The position numbers and the translations under genes were made by a program. The notes below the pieces were generated by a model. That model searched no databases. It saw nothing but the letters and a program-made list of their open reading frames with translations, and was not told the DNA's origin. A DNA stretch of 64,000 nt. It comes from Massalongia carnosa. Taxonomy: Eukaryota. Below are positions 48,804 to 59,304 of this stretch, one piece after another. Location: positions 1,426,001 to 1,490,000 of the forward strand of contig OZ287076.1 of assembly GCA_965645245.1 (NCBI GenBank). The letters run 5' to 3'. Numbering within the stretch: the stretch's first letter is position 1; each line of letters starts with the position of its first letter.

Positions 48804-50477
48804 GATGACGACGTGGCGTCAGTAATGCGGGGTATCAATGCAGGGAAAACGCAGAATGAAGATGCAGGATCAAAATTCCCTAGTTAGGAAAGATGGTCAC
48901 CCGATAAGGGAAAGTGGCCGAAGAAACTTTTCAAACTTAAGCTACTTTAGGGTTAGGTGTGTGGGTAACCACCGGGGGTGTGTGGGTAACCGAGGGGGGT
49001 GTGTGGGTAACCAAAGGGGTGTGCTTCTATCCGTACCCTATATTTATTCGATAATTCGGTTGCATGTGACGTCAAATTCTTGAAAGATGCGATTAGTTCA
49101 AATCGGATGACTTCATGATCTGAACCTGTGACTGCGTTTTTATCGATTGCCCAGTTTGTAATTGCATTTTCGATTTTGGAATTTGCAAATGTTAAATCAA
49201 TAACAGATGATGAACTTCCAGAATGGGCGTAGAATGTGCATAAATCAGGTGTGTTTATCAAACTACATTTGTTTATTTTCAACCATTTGACTAAATTTTC
49301 TGCTCTAATTGCGTGTTGAATTTTTGAATTCCACCAGTTATGATGTGCATTGTAATCTCCACAAATGACGAATTGATTAGTTGATGTAGGTTGATATTTG
49401 ATTAAAAGTCGATCGATCGTGTATGTTTCTCGATCATTTTGACTTTTTTCGTTATAAATATTGAAAATCTGCACTTTTCGAACTTCATCAATTGTAATTT
49501 CAATAATTTGCATATCGGAATCGTCAATAAGATCCGTTCTAGGCGTGCATTACAGTTTGGGTTTGCATTTTGTGACAGATATAGCTACTCTCGAGCGATA
49601 AGTCGCTATTTTCGGCATAATGCATGTAAATGACGGATGTAATATTGTTTTTTGATCTTGTGTCCATGGTTCCTAAAACAAAACAATATCAATTTGATTT
49701 GATAAAGCATATTCCAAACACGAAGTCATTGCATTCGTTGACCTTCCACAGTTGTGTTGAATAAATTTGACATTGTGAGTATTTTCTATATTTGCCAACG
49801 AATGCTGTCCTGCCATTATAAGGCGGATAATTCGTCAGCCGATTTTCGTGGATTTAATGCAGTAAACATTTCACAATGTTCATCATTTGATTGATGATTT
49901 TTATTGCAGTTTGCACATTTCACAACAACGTGTGCACACGCAGTTTTCGATTTGCATATTATGCATTCATGATTACGTGTTTCGTGATTTTGTGCACAAA
50001 TATTGCATTTTGATTTGTTTCGACACTGATAATGCTTGTGTCCGAATTTTTGACAATTAATACATTGTGTATTCGGACGAACGGAAGTAAATATTTCCGT
50101 GTCAAAGTGTTTTCCCGCGATATTTACGCCTTTTAACGCGTTTAAGGCCTGATTTCGATCGTTAAAAGTCAAAACGACCGAAGAATTGACTTTATTTTCG
50201 CGGTCTCGCGCTAGCCATCTGGGTAAATCGCACAATTCCATGTTAAGGTTGAATTTCTGGATTTCATTTTGCAAATATTGCATATTTTAATCAAACGTTG
50301 CAATATTTATATAAGAGGGACAGTAGACTCTAGTCCTTATGGGTTATAATGCTCAGTGTGACTGCTAATAGAGTGGTAGGTGCTAAAGCTAAAAGCTGAT
50401 TCCCTGAAGATAGGAATCGAGCTTTCTATATACCCCTTGGGGTCCTATTTACTAACTACTTATCTAGTTACCTTTCT

Positions 50478-50601
50478 GCCTTGTTGCCTTCAGCTGAGGT
50501 CTAGTAGATAGCCTTGCTGCCTTCAGCTGAGGTCTAGCAGATAACCTTGTTGCCTTCAGCTGAGGTCTAGCAGATAGCCTTGTTGCCTTCAGCTGAGGTC
50601 T
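50478..50601. repeat. 33-bp tandem repeat (3.75 copies) with palindromic TCAGCTGA core
   Basis: GCCTTGTTGCCTTCAGCTGAGGTCTAGCAGATA-like units start at 50478, 50511, 50544 and 50577. Confidence 0.92.
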
Positions 50602-50916
50602 CCTAGGCGTCCCAGGCCTCCCATGAGATCGAGGCTTATCTGAATAGCTTCAGTTGCTGCCTAACATGTAAGAACCACTATCCAGGGAAGACGAATAGTA
50701 GTCAGCTACCTAAGAGACTAAGCATGAAGAAGAGAAATCTATCTACAAAGAAGAATGTGAAATCTATATGCCCGTTTGCCCTTCTTCTCGAAGTTTCCAT
50801 CCGGCTCTAGAAGCTTATCTCCGAAGCTTCGGTCGGAAAGAGCCGTTGGATTTAGCGCTCCCACACCCGAGTCCTGACACTACCCCCCCTTTTGGTTAGC
50901 GAGCTCCTGATCGCTG

Positions 50917-53900
50917 TCATGTGATTAGCTTCGGTCGCGGCTTCTTTGGATATTTCCGATGATATTCTTCCACAGTTTCTTTTGAATTCGCAAAATCTTC
51001 GGCCGGATACCATGTGTTATCCAGTGGGTAATTGCTCCATTTTACCTTGTATTGTAGCTTCTTGTTGAAAGTTCTTGAATCCAAAATATAATCAATTTCA
51101 AATTCTTCCTCGTTGTCAATAATTACCGGTGGTGGAGGCGGGGGTATTTGTCCGGGCAATGGGTCTTTACTTGCTGGTCGGAGTAATGATAAATGGAAAA
51201 CATCGTGTATTTTCATCGATGCTGGAAGATCTAACTTATAGCTATTCCCCAAAGCTTTTAATATCTTGTACGGTCCGATCATCTTATGATCTAGCTTTTT
51301 CGAAGGCCTTTCCGTTTTGATATTTTTGGTTGATAGCCAAACTTCATCTCCTTCTTTATAGGTTGGTGCCTCCTCCCGATGATTGTCCGCGAATCTCTTC
51401 TGACTTTCTTGGCTTCGTACTAGGTTTTCTTTTCCGAATTCCCAGATTTTCTCCATTGCTTGGCCGATATTTTTTGCTCGAGTTTTCAATATTCTTTCTC
51501 TGGCCGATCCGGTAGATGCGTCAATCGGATAGAAGCTCATCCTCGGTTCAAACCCATAGTTGACCTGAAATAGAGATAATCCACTTGAAGCTGAGACACA
51601 GGTATTTGATGCGAACTCGGCCATCGATAGCCACTCTGTCCAGTCATCTTGCTGATAATTGACATAGGTTCTCAGATATCGCTCCATTTCTTGATTGGAT
51701 ATTTCGCTTTGACCGTCGGTCTCGGGATGGAATGCGGTTGATAACTTGGCTTTTATTCCCAGCATTACGCATAGCGATTTCCATACTAGCGATACGAATT
51801 GAGGTCCCCTATCTGAGATTATCGTGGTCGGTAGGCCATGCAATTTCCATACATGTTTTATTAGCATTCGGGCCGTCTCTTCGGCAGTTGTCCCTTCTTC
51901 GTCCGTGGTGCATGGAATGTAATGATGCATCTTGGAAAATCGGTCTACTACCATTAATATTGCATTATGACCTTTGCTTTCAGGTAGGCCAGTTACGAAA
52001 TCCATTGATATATCTGTCCAGGGCCGGTCTGGTATAGGTAGCGGATTTAATAGTCCGGAATAACCGTCCCTTGGAGCTTTTGCTCTTTTGCATGTATGAC
52101 AATTTCGAATGTATTGTTCTATGGTCCCTTTCATCTTTGGCCAAAAAAAGAATTTCTTCATTATCTCGTAGGTCCGCTTTATTCCCGGATGGCCAACGGC
52201 TGGTTGATCGTGAACTTCCTGTATCAGCTTCATTCTCTTTTCTTCGGGGACAAATAGTTTGGCATTATTCTCGAGCGGATCTTTCGACTTTTCCGCGTTG
52301 ATCTCGTTCATTTCAAACCCCATTTCCTTTTGGATTTGAGGGTCTAGGCTTTCGAGAGGTAAGATTATCTGATGTTGATGCCTTTGCCTGTCATCTTCCT
52401 CTGATTCGGGCCTGTCTCCTGGTCTTCTAGTTAGTGCATCTGCCTTTGTATGGAATTTTCCAGCTTGGTATGTGATGACAAAATTGAAATCGGCCAGAAA
52501 TTCAGCCCATCTGGCCTGTCGCCTATTTAGCTTTTTGGTTGTCATGAAATATTCCAAGCTTTTATGGTCGGTCAACACTTTGATTGGGAGCTCGGTAGAT
52601 TGCAGCTCAGGCCTCCATTGTTCGAAACATTTGATTATTGCAAGCAATTCTTTATCGTATATTTCATAATTGCATTCGGCTGGCAACAGGCTCTTTGAAA
52701 AGAAGGCTACTGGTCTGATAAGTCCATCTTCACCTCTTTGCGATAATACTCCGGCTGACACATAATCAGATGAATCCGATTCCACGAACGTTTCTCGGCT
52801 TGGGCTGAAATGCGCGAGGACCGGGGCCTCGGTCACCCGTCTTTTCAATTCGGGAAAAGCTGCTTGGCAGGCTGGGGTCCAATTGAATGGTTCGTCTTTT
52901 CGAGTTAGATGTACGAGGGGTTTGGCTATTTTGGAGAAGTCTTTGATAAAACGTCTATAAAAGTTGATAAATCCTAGAAAGGCCTGCACCTGTTTAAGAT
53001 GCCTAGGGATGGCCCATTCGACGACTGCCTCAATTTTGGTAGGGTCCATCTTGATCCCATTCCGCCCGACTACCACTCCTAGGAACTTTGTTTCGGTCAC
53101 ATGGAATTCGCATTTATCCACATCAGCCTGAATACCAGCTTCTCGAAGCTTTTGTAGAACTTTTCGAACATGTTTTCGGTGGTCAGTCATGGTTTCACTA
53201 TAAACCAAGAGATCGTCCAGATAGGCTATTAGGAATTCGTCTAGATATTCTAAGAAGGTATCGTTGATGAAGTTCTGAAACGTAGCAGGGCCGTTGGTCA
53301 GTCCGAAGGGTAATACTAGAGATTTATATGACCCAAATCGCGTGCGGAAGGTTGTGAGATCTTCGTCCTTTTCGGTTTTCATCCTAAGTCGGTTAAAGGC
53401 ATGTCGAATATCTATTCTTGTCAAAAATCTAGCCCTGGCCAATCGAGACATTATCTCAGATATCAGAGGTAGGGGATATCGATTTTTTTTGGTGATTTCG
53501 TTTAGCTTTCGATAATCGACGCAGAACCGAAGTCCACCACTCGGTTTCTTGGCGAATAGTATCGGCGAGGCAAAAGGGGCCGAGCTGGCTGTAATAAATC
53601 CTTTCTTCAGATTTTCTTCCAAATATCTCTTGACCAGTAGGAGTTCTCCCTCTGACATATTATATAGCGGGGCATGCCCGGGTCCTTTACCTTCTAGCAA
53701 TTCGATGGTATGGTCATGCTTTCTATGAGGGGGCAGTTCATCAGCTTTTTCCTTAGAGAAAACATCAAGAAAATCGTGATACTCGGGGGGGACTATGGTC
53801 TTAGGATCGGTGATTGGCTTTTCTCCCTTGGCTAGTTCAAAGTTGATATCTCTCAGCGAGACTGCAAATATCTCGACATCCTTTTGTTTCGTTAATACAT

Positions 53901-54624
53901 TAAATGGGTCTGCACCTATCATCGCTATAGCCAGGGCTTCTTCGCTCTCGGCGTCGTTTCTCCAAGACTTTTGCTTCAAGATATCTTCCTTTCTTGATCT
54001 TCGAACTGAAATCGGGTTCGAGTTGCTATGATTCTTTTCATCGGGTTCGTCTCTTTTCAATATCTTCTTTGGTTGGAATATAGGCGTGGTGTCCTTTGTT
54101 GAGCCCGGTTCTTCTCTCCTGATTGGCGACGATGGGAAAGGCCTTTCAGGGGCACCTAGATGATTGCAATGATCGGGACGAAAAGAAATCGAATTCGTAT
54201 GCCCATGATAGCTAACACCATGTTTTCGCATCCAAGGCTTGCCAAGAATAATCGTTTGTTGGCCCAGCTCGGTGATCAACATTGGTGTTGAGCTCTCGGT
54301 ATGATTTCCAATTTTCAGAGATGGATAAATGGCCTGGGTAATAGGCTTGCCTTTTCTTCCATCATATGCCTTTATCTCTTTCCGTCTATTTAACGTCACC
54401 GGTGAGATATTAGCCTTTTCACATATTTCCTGCGCAGTTAGTCTATCAACAAAACAATAACCAGTAGATCCAGTATCAATTATCGCTCTCCTATTAAATT
54501 TATTTCCTACGATACAATCTTCCATTACTGGATGGTCATCGAATAAATCATCCTCCATAAAGAAAGATGTGATAACCAACTCATCTACCCCCGCCGCGTC
54601 TATGACGGAGGTGCGTCTTTTCCC
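50917..54624 (-). CDS. Gypsy-C Pol (protease, RT, RNase H, integrase, chromodomain), probably made by -1 frameshift from gag
   Basis: [33 protein letters not shown] and DDE integrase; GPY; chromodomain EFEIDYILDSR...YKVKW...WYP. The frame is open back to GGGAAAA at 54618-54624. Confidence 0.95.
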   Translation of the reverse strand, partial: GKRRTSVIDAAGVDELVITSFFMEDDLFDDHPVMEDCIVGNKFNRRAIIDTGSTGYCFVDRLTAQEICEKANISPVTLNRRKEIKAYDGRKGKPITQAIYPSLKIGNHTESSTPMLITELGQQTIILGKPWMRKHGVSYHGHTNSISFRPDHCNHLGAPERPFPSSPIRREEPGSTKDTTPIFQPKKILKRDEPDEKNHSNSNPISVRRSRKEDILKQKSWRNDAESEEALAIAMIGADPFNVLTKQKDVEIFAVSLRDINFELAKGEKPITDPKTIVPPEYHDFLDVFSKEKADELPPHRKHDHTIELLEGKGPGHAPLYNMSEGELLLVKRYLEENLKKGFITASSAPFASPILFAKKPSGGLRFCVDYRKLNEITKKNRYPLPLISEIMSRLARARFLTRIDIRHAFNRLRMKTEKDEDLTTFRTRFGSYKSLVLPFGLTNGPATFQNFINDTFLEYLDEFLIAYLDDLLVYSETMTDHRKHVRKVLQKLREAGIQADVDKCEFHVTETKFLGVVVGRNGIKMDPTKIEAVVEWAIPRHLKQVQAFLGFINFYRRFIKDFSKIAKPLVHLTRKDEPFNWTPACQAAFPELKRRVTEAPVLAHFSPSRETFVESDSSDYVSAGVLSQRGEDGLIRPVAFFSKSLLPAECNYEIYDKELLAIIKCFEQWRPELQSTELPIKVLTDHKSLEYFMTTKKLNRRQARWAEFLADFNFVITYQAGKFHTKADALTRRPGDRPESEEDDRQRHQHQIILPLESLDPQIQKEMGFEMNEINAEKSKDPLENNAKLFVPEEKRMKLIQEVHDQPAVGHPGIKRTYEIMKKFFFWPKMKGTIEQYIRNCHTCKRAKAPRDGYSGLLNPLPIPDRPWTDISMDFVTGLPESKGHNAILMVVDRFSKMHHYIPCTTDEEGTTAEETARMLIKHVWKLHGLPTTIISDRGPQFVSLVWKSLCVMLGIKAKLSTAFHPETDGQSEISNQEMERYLRTYVNYQQDDWTEWLSMAEFASNTCVSASSGLSLFQVNYGFEPRMSFYPIDASTGSARERILKTRAKNIGQAMEKIWEFGKENLVRSQESQKRFADNHREEAPTYKEGDEVWLSTKNIKTERPSKKLDHKMIGPYKILKALGNSYKLDLPASMKIHDVFHLSLLRPASKDPLPGQIPPPPPPVIIDNEEEFEIDYILDSRTFNKKLQYKVKWSNYPLDNTWYPAEDFANSKETVEEYHRKYPKKPRPKLIT

Positions 54625-55895
54625 GAATCTTCTGCTTCTGCGCTCATCTCGCTAACCCGTCCCTTTCTAGGCTGAGGGCAGTCTTTGGCCATATGCCCGG
54701 TCAGATCGCAGTTAAAACATCTTCCTTCCTTTATTCTTTTCTCCATGATTGGATCGGGATGGGGGGCTCGGGCCATAAAGGGCGTTGAAGATCGGCTGCT
54801 GGTAGCGGAAGGCATTGCGGGAGTACGGGTTAATGCGGGGGTGGAGGCCTTTACGATGGAGGTGGTCCCACCGGCCGTGCTTGCGATAGGTACTGAGGGG
54901 CCAACAAAGTTCTTTCGATAGCCTTTCGTCTTGGTCTCAACCTCGCGGATGGTCTGATCAGTATGCATGCATAGGCGTGCGAATTCATACAAATCGGTGG
55001 CCTTGTAGGCCTCGACGGCTAGCATCTTCTGGAGCCCAAAGTTCATCTTGTTGCGGAGCTCATTCAGTAGGGTCTTTTCGGAATATTCAAGTTCGTTGGC
55101 TAAGCGTTGGAATTCTGACCAGAAGGCATGGAATTCTCGATATTTACCCACTTGTTTAAGGTCGCGGAATTCTCGCAGTGCTGTTTGTTCCTTGTGAGGG
55201 TCACCATATACTCGGTTTAAATCATCGAAAATCTCTTCAGCAGTGGTAAATGGTTTGGTAGACTCCTTTCTAAATCTAGAGGCTATATGCTTGACTGCCT
55301 CACCACCAACCCGAGTCCGTACGTATGCCTTTTTCATGGCCTCGGTAGGGTACCAATCCGCATTGCCTTCTAGCTTATTTCGCATGCTAGATAGCCAGTC
55401 CTCGAAGTTGTCGTCTTTATTATTTTCGAGAATGGGTGGGTCAGGAAGCTTGGAAGATTTGCCAACTCCTTCGGGGGCAGGTGTTGACGCGGTAGTGGTC
55501 GTGTGTGTATGCACATTCTCGGCCGATACGGTGCTTGCGGACGATATGTTGGTGTTTTGAAGAAATTGGATTATCACCTTAGCTTTATCCAATTCCTCTT
55601 GGGCCGAGTCCCGCTCATCGCGAAGGGTCCGGGCTATCTCTAACGTTTCATTGAATCTTTCGGCCACCTTGTTCAATAGGTGGGTCTTCGTTCGGGACTC
55701 CGTCTTCAACTCAGTTATCATTTCCACCACCCGCTGGGGGTCCTGGCGGACAAATTCATTCAGTCTATCCACGGAGTCGATGCTATATGGGGAGTCATCA
55801 TCGATAATATTAGGGACAATGGACTCACGTCGGCCCTCCATGGGTTCGTCCATAGTGAGCCTACTCCTTCGAGGCTCGCTGATTACTCGGGGCAT
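54600..55895 (-). CDS. Gypsy-C Gag (431 aa)
   Basis: SSKLPDPP, coiled-coil-like N-terminus, canonical knuckle CFNCDLTGHMAKDC. Confidence 0.93.
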   Translation of the reverse strand: MPRVISEPRRSRLTMDEPMEGRRESIVPNIIDDDSPYSIDSVDRLNEFVRQDPQRVVEMITELKTESRTKTHLLNKVAERFNETLEIARTLRDERDSAQEELDKAKVIIQFLQNTNISSASTVSAENVHTHTTTTASTPAPEGVGKSSKLPDPPILENNKDDNFEDWLSSMRNKLEGNADWYPTEAMKKAYVRTRVGGEAVKHIASRFRKESTKPFTTAEEIFDDLNRVYGDPHKEQTALREFRDLKQVGKYREFHAFWSEFQRLANELEYSEKTLLNELRNKMNFGLQKMLAVEAYKATDLYEFARLCMHTDQTIREVETKTKGYRKNFVGPSVPIASTAGGTTSIVKASTPALTRTPAMPSATSSRSSTPFMARAPHPDPIMEKRIKEGRCFNCDLTGHMAKDCPQPRKGRVSEMSAEAEDSGKDAPPS

Positions 55896-58520
55896 TTCTT
55901 CTTTCTTTCTTGGGGGTATTCTTATCTTGTGATCTTCTATTCGATGGCCGAGAAATCCTGGTTTCTACGATCCTGGGTTCTGGTTCTTCTGGGTCTGAGT
56001 TCTTCTTTTGATTCTGGTAATTCTGGTGGCCTAGAAATCCTTGCTTCTAAGGTCCTATGATCTGGTTCTAGTCTAAGTTCCGGGTTCTTCTTCTAATTTT
56101 CCTGGTTGAACGGTTTAATATCGTGTTCAGGATAGCAAGGGTTAAAGAAGATGCTTAGTCTAATATAAGAACCACTATCCAGGGAAGACGAATAGTAGTC
56201 AGCTACCTAAGAGACTAAGCATGAAGAAGAGAAATCTATCTACAAAGAAGAATGTGAAATCTATATGCCCGTTTGCCCTTCTTCTCGAAGTTTCCATCCG
56301 GCTCTAGAAGCTTATCTCCGAAGCTTCGTTCGGAAAGAGCCGTTGGATTTAGCGCTCCCACACCCGAGTCCTGACATAACAAACTGGTAAGGCTGATTGC
56401 TGATGGCTTAGTATTGCTATCCGCCTTATCATGACTAAGCATCCGGATTATCAGTCACCCTGTCTTCTTGGGTGAGTCATCCCAGGAGCTAGCGCAGTCC
56501 TGTATTGCCGCGCTGTTACAATTTACTCCATGTGCGATCAATTTAAACCAGGATTCGTCTTTTCGAATTCTTTGTGTATCGAACATATGTTCCCATATAG
56601 ATTTGTTTTCCAACAATTCTGCAGCAGTGTTTTTCGAACTAGTAATGAGAACGATATTCTGACCGGTTTTCGATTTTTCGACCGTGTTGATTACGATATC
56701 TAACTTCGCGTTGCTGAATTGCGCGTTAATTTGATCTCGAAGTTTCAATGAGTCGATATCGCCGATTTGAATTTTTGGTGTAATTATCAGTCGTCTGAGT
56801 TTGATTGCATTTAATTCGTCGGTTTTGTCGAATTTGTTCGAGGTTTAACTCGAATTTTTCGATCTGGAAACAGTGGTCCAATTTTCGGAATTCACAGTTG
56901 CTTTTCCAAGCATTTGACTCCAGGATGGAGGCGTGTTATTGACCTTTGTACTCGTAACCCCGGCGGTTTCCTTTCGTGCGTTCGTGTTGACGACTTTATT
57001 TGGATTTTCAGTCGTATTGACTTATTGAACCCGAGTCGATTTTCGCGTTGTTTCTGAGGTTCGATTACTAGTCTGATCAATTACCTTGTCCAATTTCCAA
57101 TTCATCATGTCTAGTGTTGTTTTTATATTAATTGATTTTTTTGTCAATAAGGAATTGACATTATCAATGACTATTGCTGTTTCTGGATTTTGATCTAAGA
57201 TAAATGACTTCAATAACGCGGTTTTAGCCGTTTTGAGTAATCCAATCGATTGTGCTCGATTGATTGCTTCTTGGCTTTCCTCTACTCGTTCGTCGAATGT
57301 TTTTCGTTTGTTACGTTTGATAGGCGGGCTTAATTAAATCTATATTAGAATTTAACGATGACATGGGTAGATTGGTAGTAAATTGTCCAGATGGGAATTT
57401 GGTTACTTTTGGGGTCGGCGTAGTCGGGGCGGACGAATAATTTATGTGATTGATCCATAGGCTCGTCAAGTACAGGCGATTTTTCTATAAGTCCTACTGA
57501 CGAGAGCCCCGGAGATTCCATTTGGAGAGGGTTTTGAGGAGTACTCAGGGTTGTTCCCGGGGAGGCTCTCAATATAATTCGTCGAGTCCTAGGGAGTACC
57601 GGATTGAACATGATTTAATAAATAAATCGATATGCCTTTTCAATATCCCTTTTATCACCACCAAATAATTTATGCTGATGTTCCCCGGACGTACTAATCA
57701 GAATAGAAATTTACACCAATTTACAGGTCTAACGACTCTTGCTTTCCTATCCCTATTTATATGACAATAACTCGTCAAATAAATCCTAATCGGGTTAAAA
57801 TAGACCGTTCTTCGCTTAGGCAGTAAATCTTATTTAACCCTTTACCAGACACTACAATAGTTGAAAATAATGAAAGTTTTTGTTTTGCTTCTTTGCGATA
57901 AAAATAGATCTAAGGCAAGGTAAGATAATAAGAGACTTCCTATTCTGATTAATCTGAAATAGGATCTTTGGTATAATCCTATTCCAGACGTTTTTCCCCT
58001 TCTTTTCAGTGATCTGTTGACCGGCCGTTCAATGGAGATCGATAAACCCTAAAATGGTATATGCAGAAATTATACGTGAAATATACTGTGAAAATTTGTG
58101 CTTGCGGAAGTTCCCGTAACCTTAAATGAGAAATGAACTTCAAAAAAGTTGGTCGTCGCGTCAGTTGTTGTACAGTACCGCGACAGTAGATATTTTTTGT
58201 AGATAATTCTTGTAGTAATAATTGAGGGTAATGCGACAACAGAACAGAAGAAAGTGAGAAAAAAGAGCGATTTTTGGTGATATTGTTGGTATTTGTTGTT
58301 TTTTATAACTTCTTGAGCGCGCTTTATCACGTCTGTCGCGTGCGACCAGCAGAAAATCTCTGCTGGAGCTTTGCTAGAGCTCTCCTACACTCAATCTGAG
58401 TCCGTTTTTGCTCTGGAGGAGCTCAAATGACTGAGAAAGAGATTTTCAATTGACTTTGAAAGTTATAGAGTATCAAAAGTTGCGGTACTTGTGTTTCGAT
58501 AGGTGGTCTTTGGTGTCTAT

Positions 58521-59205
58521 CAAGCGTATTAGCTGCGGAACTGTACGGCATGGCACAACTCTGACAAAGATGCTCGGGTCGTCTGGATCTGAACATGAGA
58601 TTCCGTTGATACTGTGTACGGATTCCAAATCATTATATGATTGTTTGGTCCGATTGGGAACGACTAATGAGAAACGTTTGATGATCGATGTAATGAGCCT
58701 CCGACAGTCATATGAAAGGCGAGAAGTGACAGAAGTAATGTGGATTCATGGTCAGAATAACCCGGCAGATTCAATGACCAAATCCAAACCATCTTCGGCA
58801 CTAAAGGCAGTCATCGACATCAATCAGATCAACCTGGACACTTCCGAATAGGTAGAACGGGAGTTCAAAAAGGGAGCTGGGAATCAGGGGTAGGAATCGA
58901 GGCAAAGGGGTAAATTCCGGTCAAAAAGCGACCATTTTTTCCATCTTTCAAAGAGTGCCAATGTAGGTACCAAAAGGGGGATTCCAGAAGGGGATTCTAG
59001 GGCGATTCTTGAAGGAAGGGGACTAGCCAGATGAGGCTAGAATGGAATGGATCGGAAGGGCTAGAACAAGCGGTCACGTGCTTATCACGTCTTCGCCCAC
59101 TTATAGATAGTAGCCCTTCCCAGATAGAATCCATTCATCATCCACCAAACCAAGCACCAAGACGTAGTCATCGTATTACGCCAGGTGCAGGTAGGTGGAC
59201 CCACA
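58521..59205 (+). mobile_element. Ty1/copia 3' remnant: RNase H fragment and 3' LTR (58962-59205)
   Basis: SVLAAELYGM...LCTDSKSLYDCL...KRLMIDV...NPADSMTK (copia RNase H); TGTAGGT...ACCCACA termini downstream. Confidence 0.8.
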
Positions 59206-59304
59206 GCAATCTATTCATTCTCCGCAAAAAGAAAAAACGAAAAAATTTTAACTATCCGCAAAAATCAAATACCTGGATAAAAGGAAAGCAAACCAATCCA
59301 GAGC

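Larger units (their letters stand above)
46312..49038 (-). mobile_element. Mutator-like element (MULE) with long repeat-containing TIRs
   Basis: TIRs 46312-46492 and 48879-49038 begin GGGTACGGATAGAAGCACACCCC; 8-bp TSD TATATTTA (46304-46311, 49039-49046). Confidence 0.92.
50667..56376 (-). mobile_element. Gypsy-C chromovirus, full-length, intact ORFs, recent insertion
   Basis: 213-bp LTRs at 50667-50879 and 56164-56376 differ at 2 positions; TSD TAACA (50662-50666, 56377-56381); PPT AAAAGGGGGGGTAG next to 50879. Confidence 0.97.
50310..56520. mobile_element. ~496-bp solo LTR of a further family (50310-50666 plus 56382-56520), split by gypsy-C
   Basis: T(A)TAAG...TTACA termini; TSD ATTTA (50305-50309, 56521-56525) within LINE-D ORF1; no internal coding sequence. 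Confidence 0.78.
38005..58520 (-). mobile_element. Degenerate subfamily-D LINE acting as host (pieces 38005-39380, 45964-46311, 49047-50309, 56526-~58520)
   Basis: The pieces rejoin colinearly across the TSDs of gypsy-B, the MULE and a solo LTR. It has a B-like 5' UTR (57612-~58520), a decayed ORF1 and ORF2 up to EIWY. Confidence 0.88.

Noticed and set aside
50478..50601. CRISPR-like 33-bp palindromic repeats
   Set aside because: The units are directly tandem with no unique spacers, there are no cas genes, and they lie in a fungal LTR.
164..57080. Many 60-160 aa antisense or alternate-frame ORFs recurring within TEs
   Set aside because: They are shadows of TE coding frames and recur only because the DNA is repeated.
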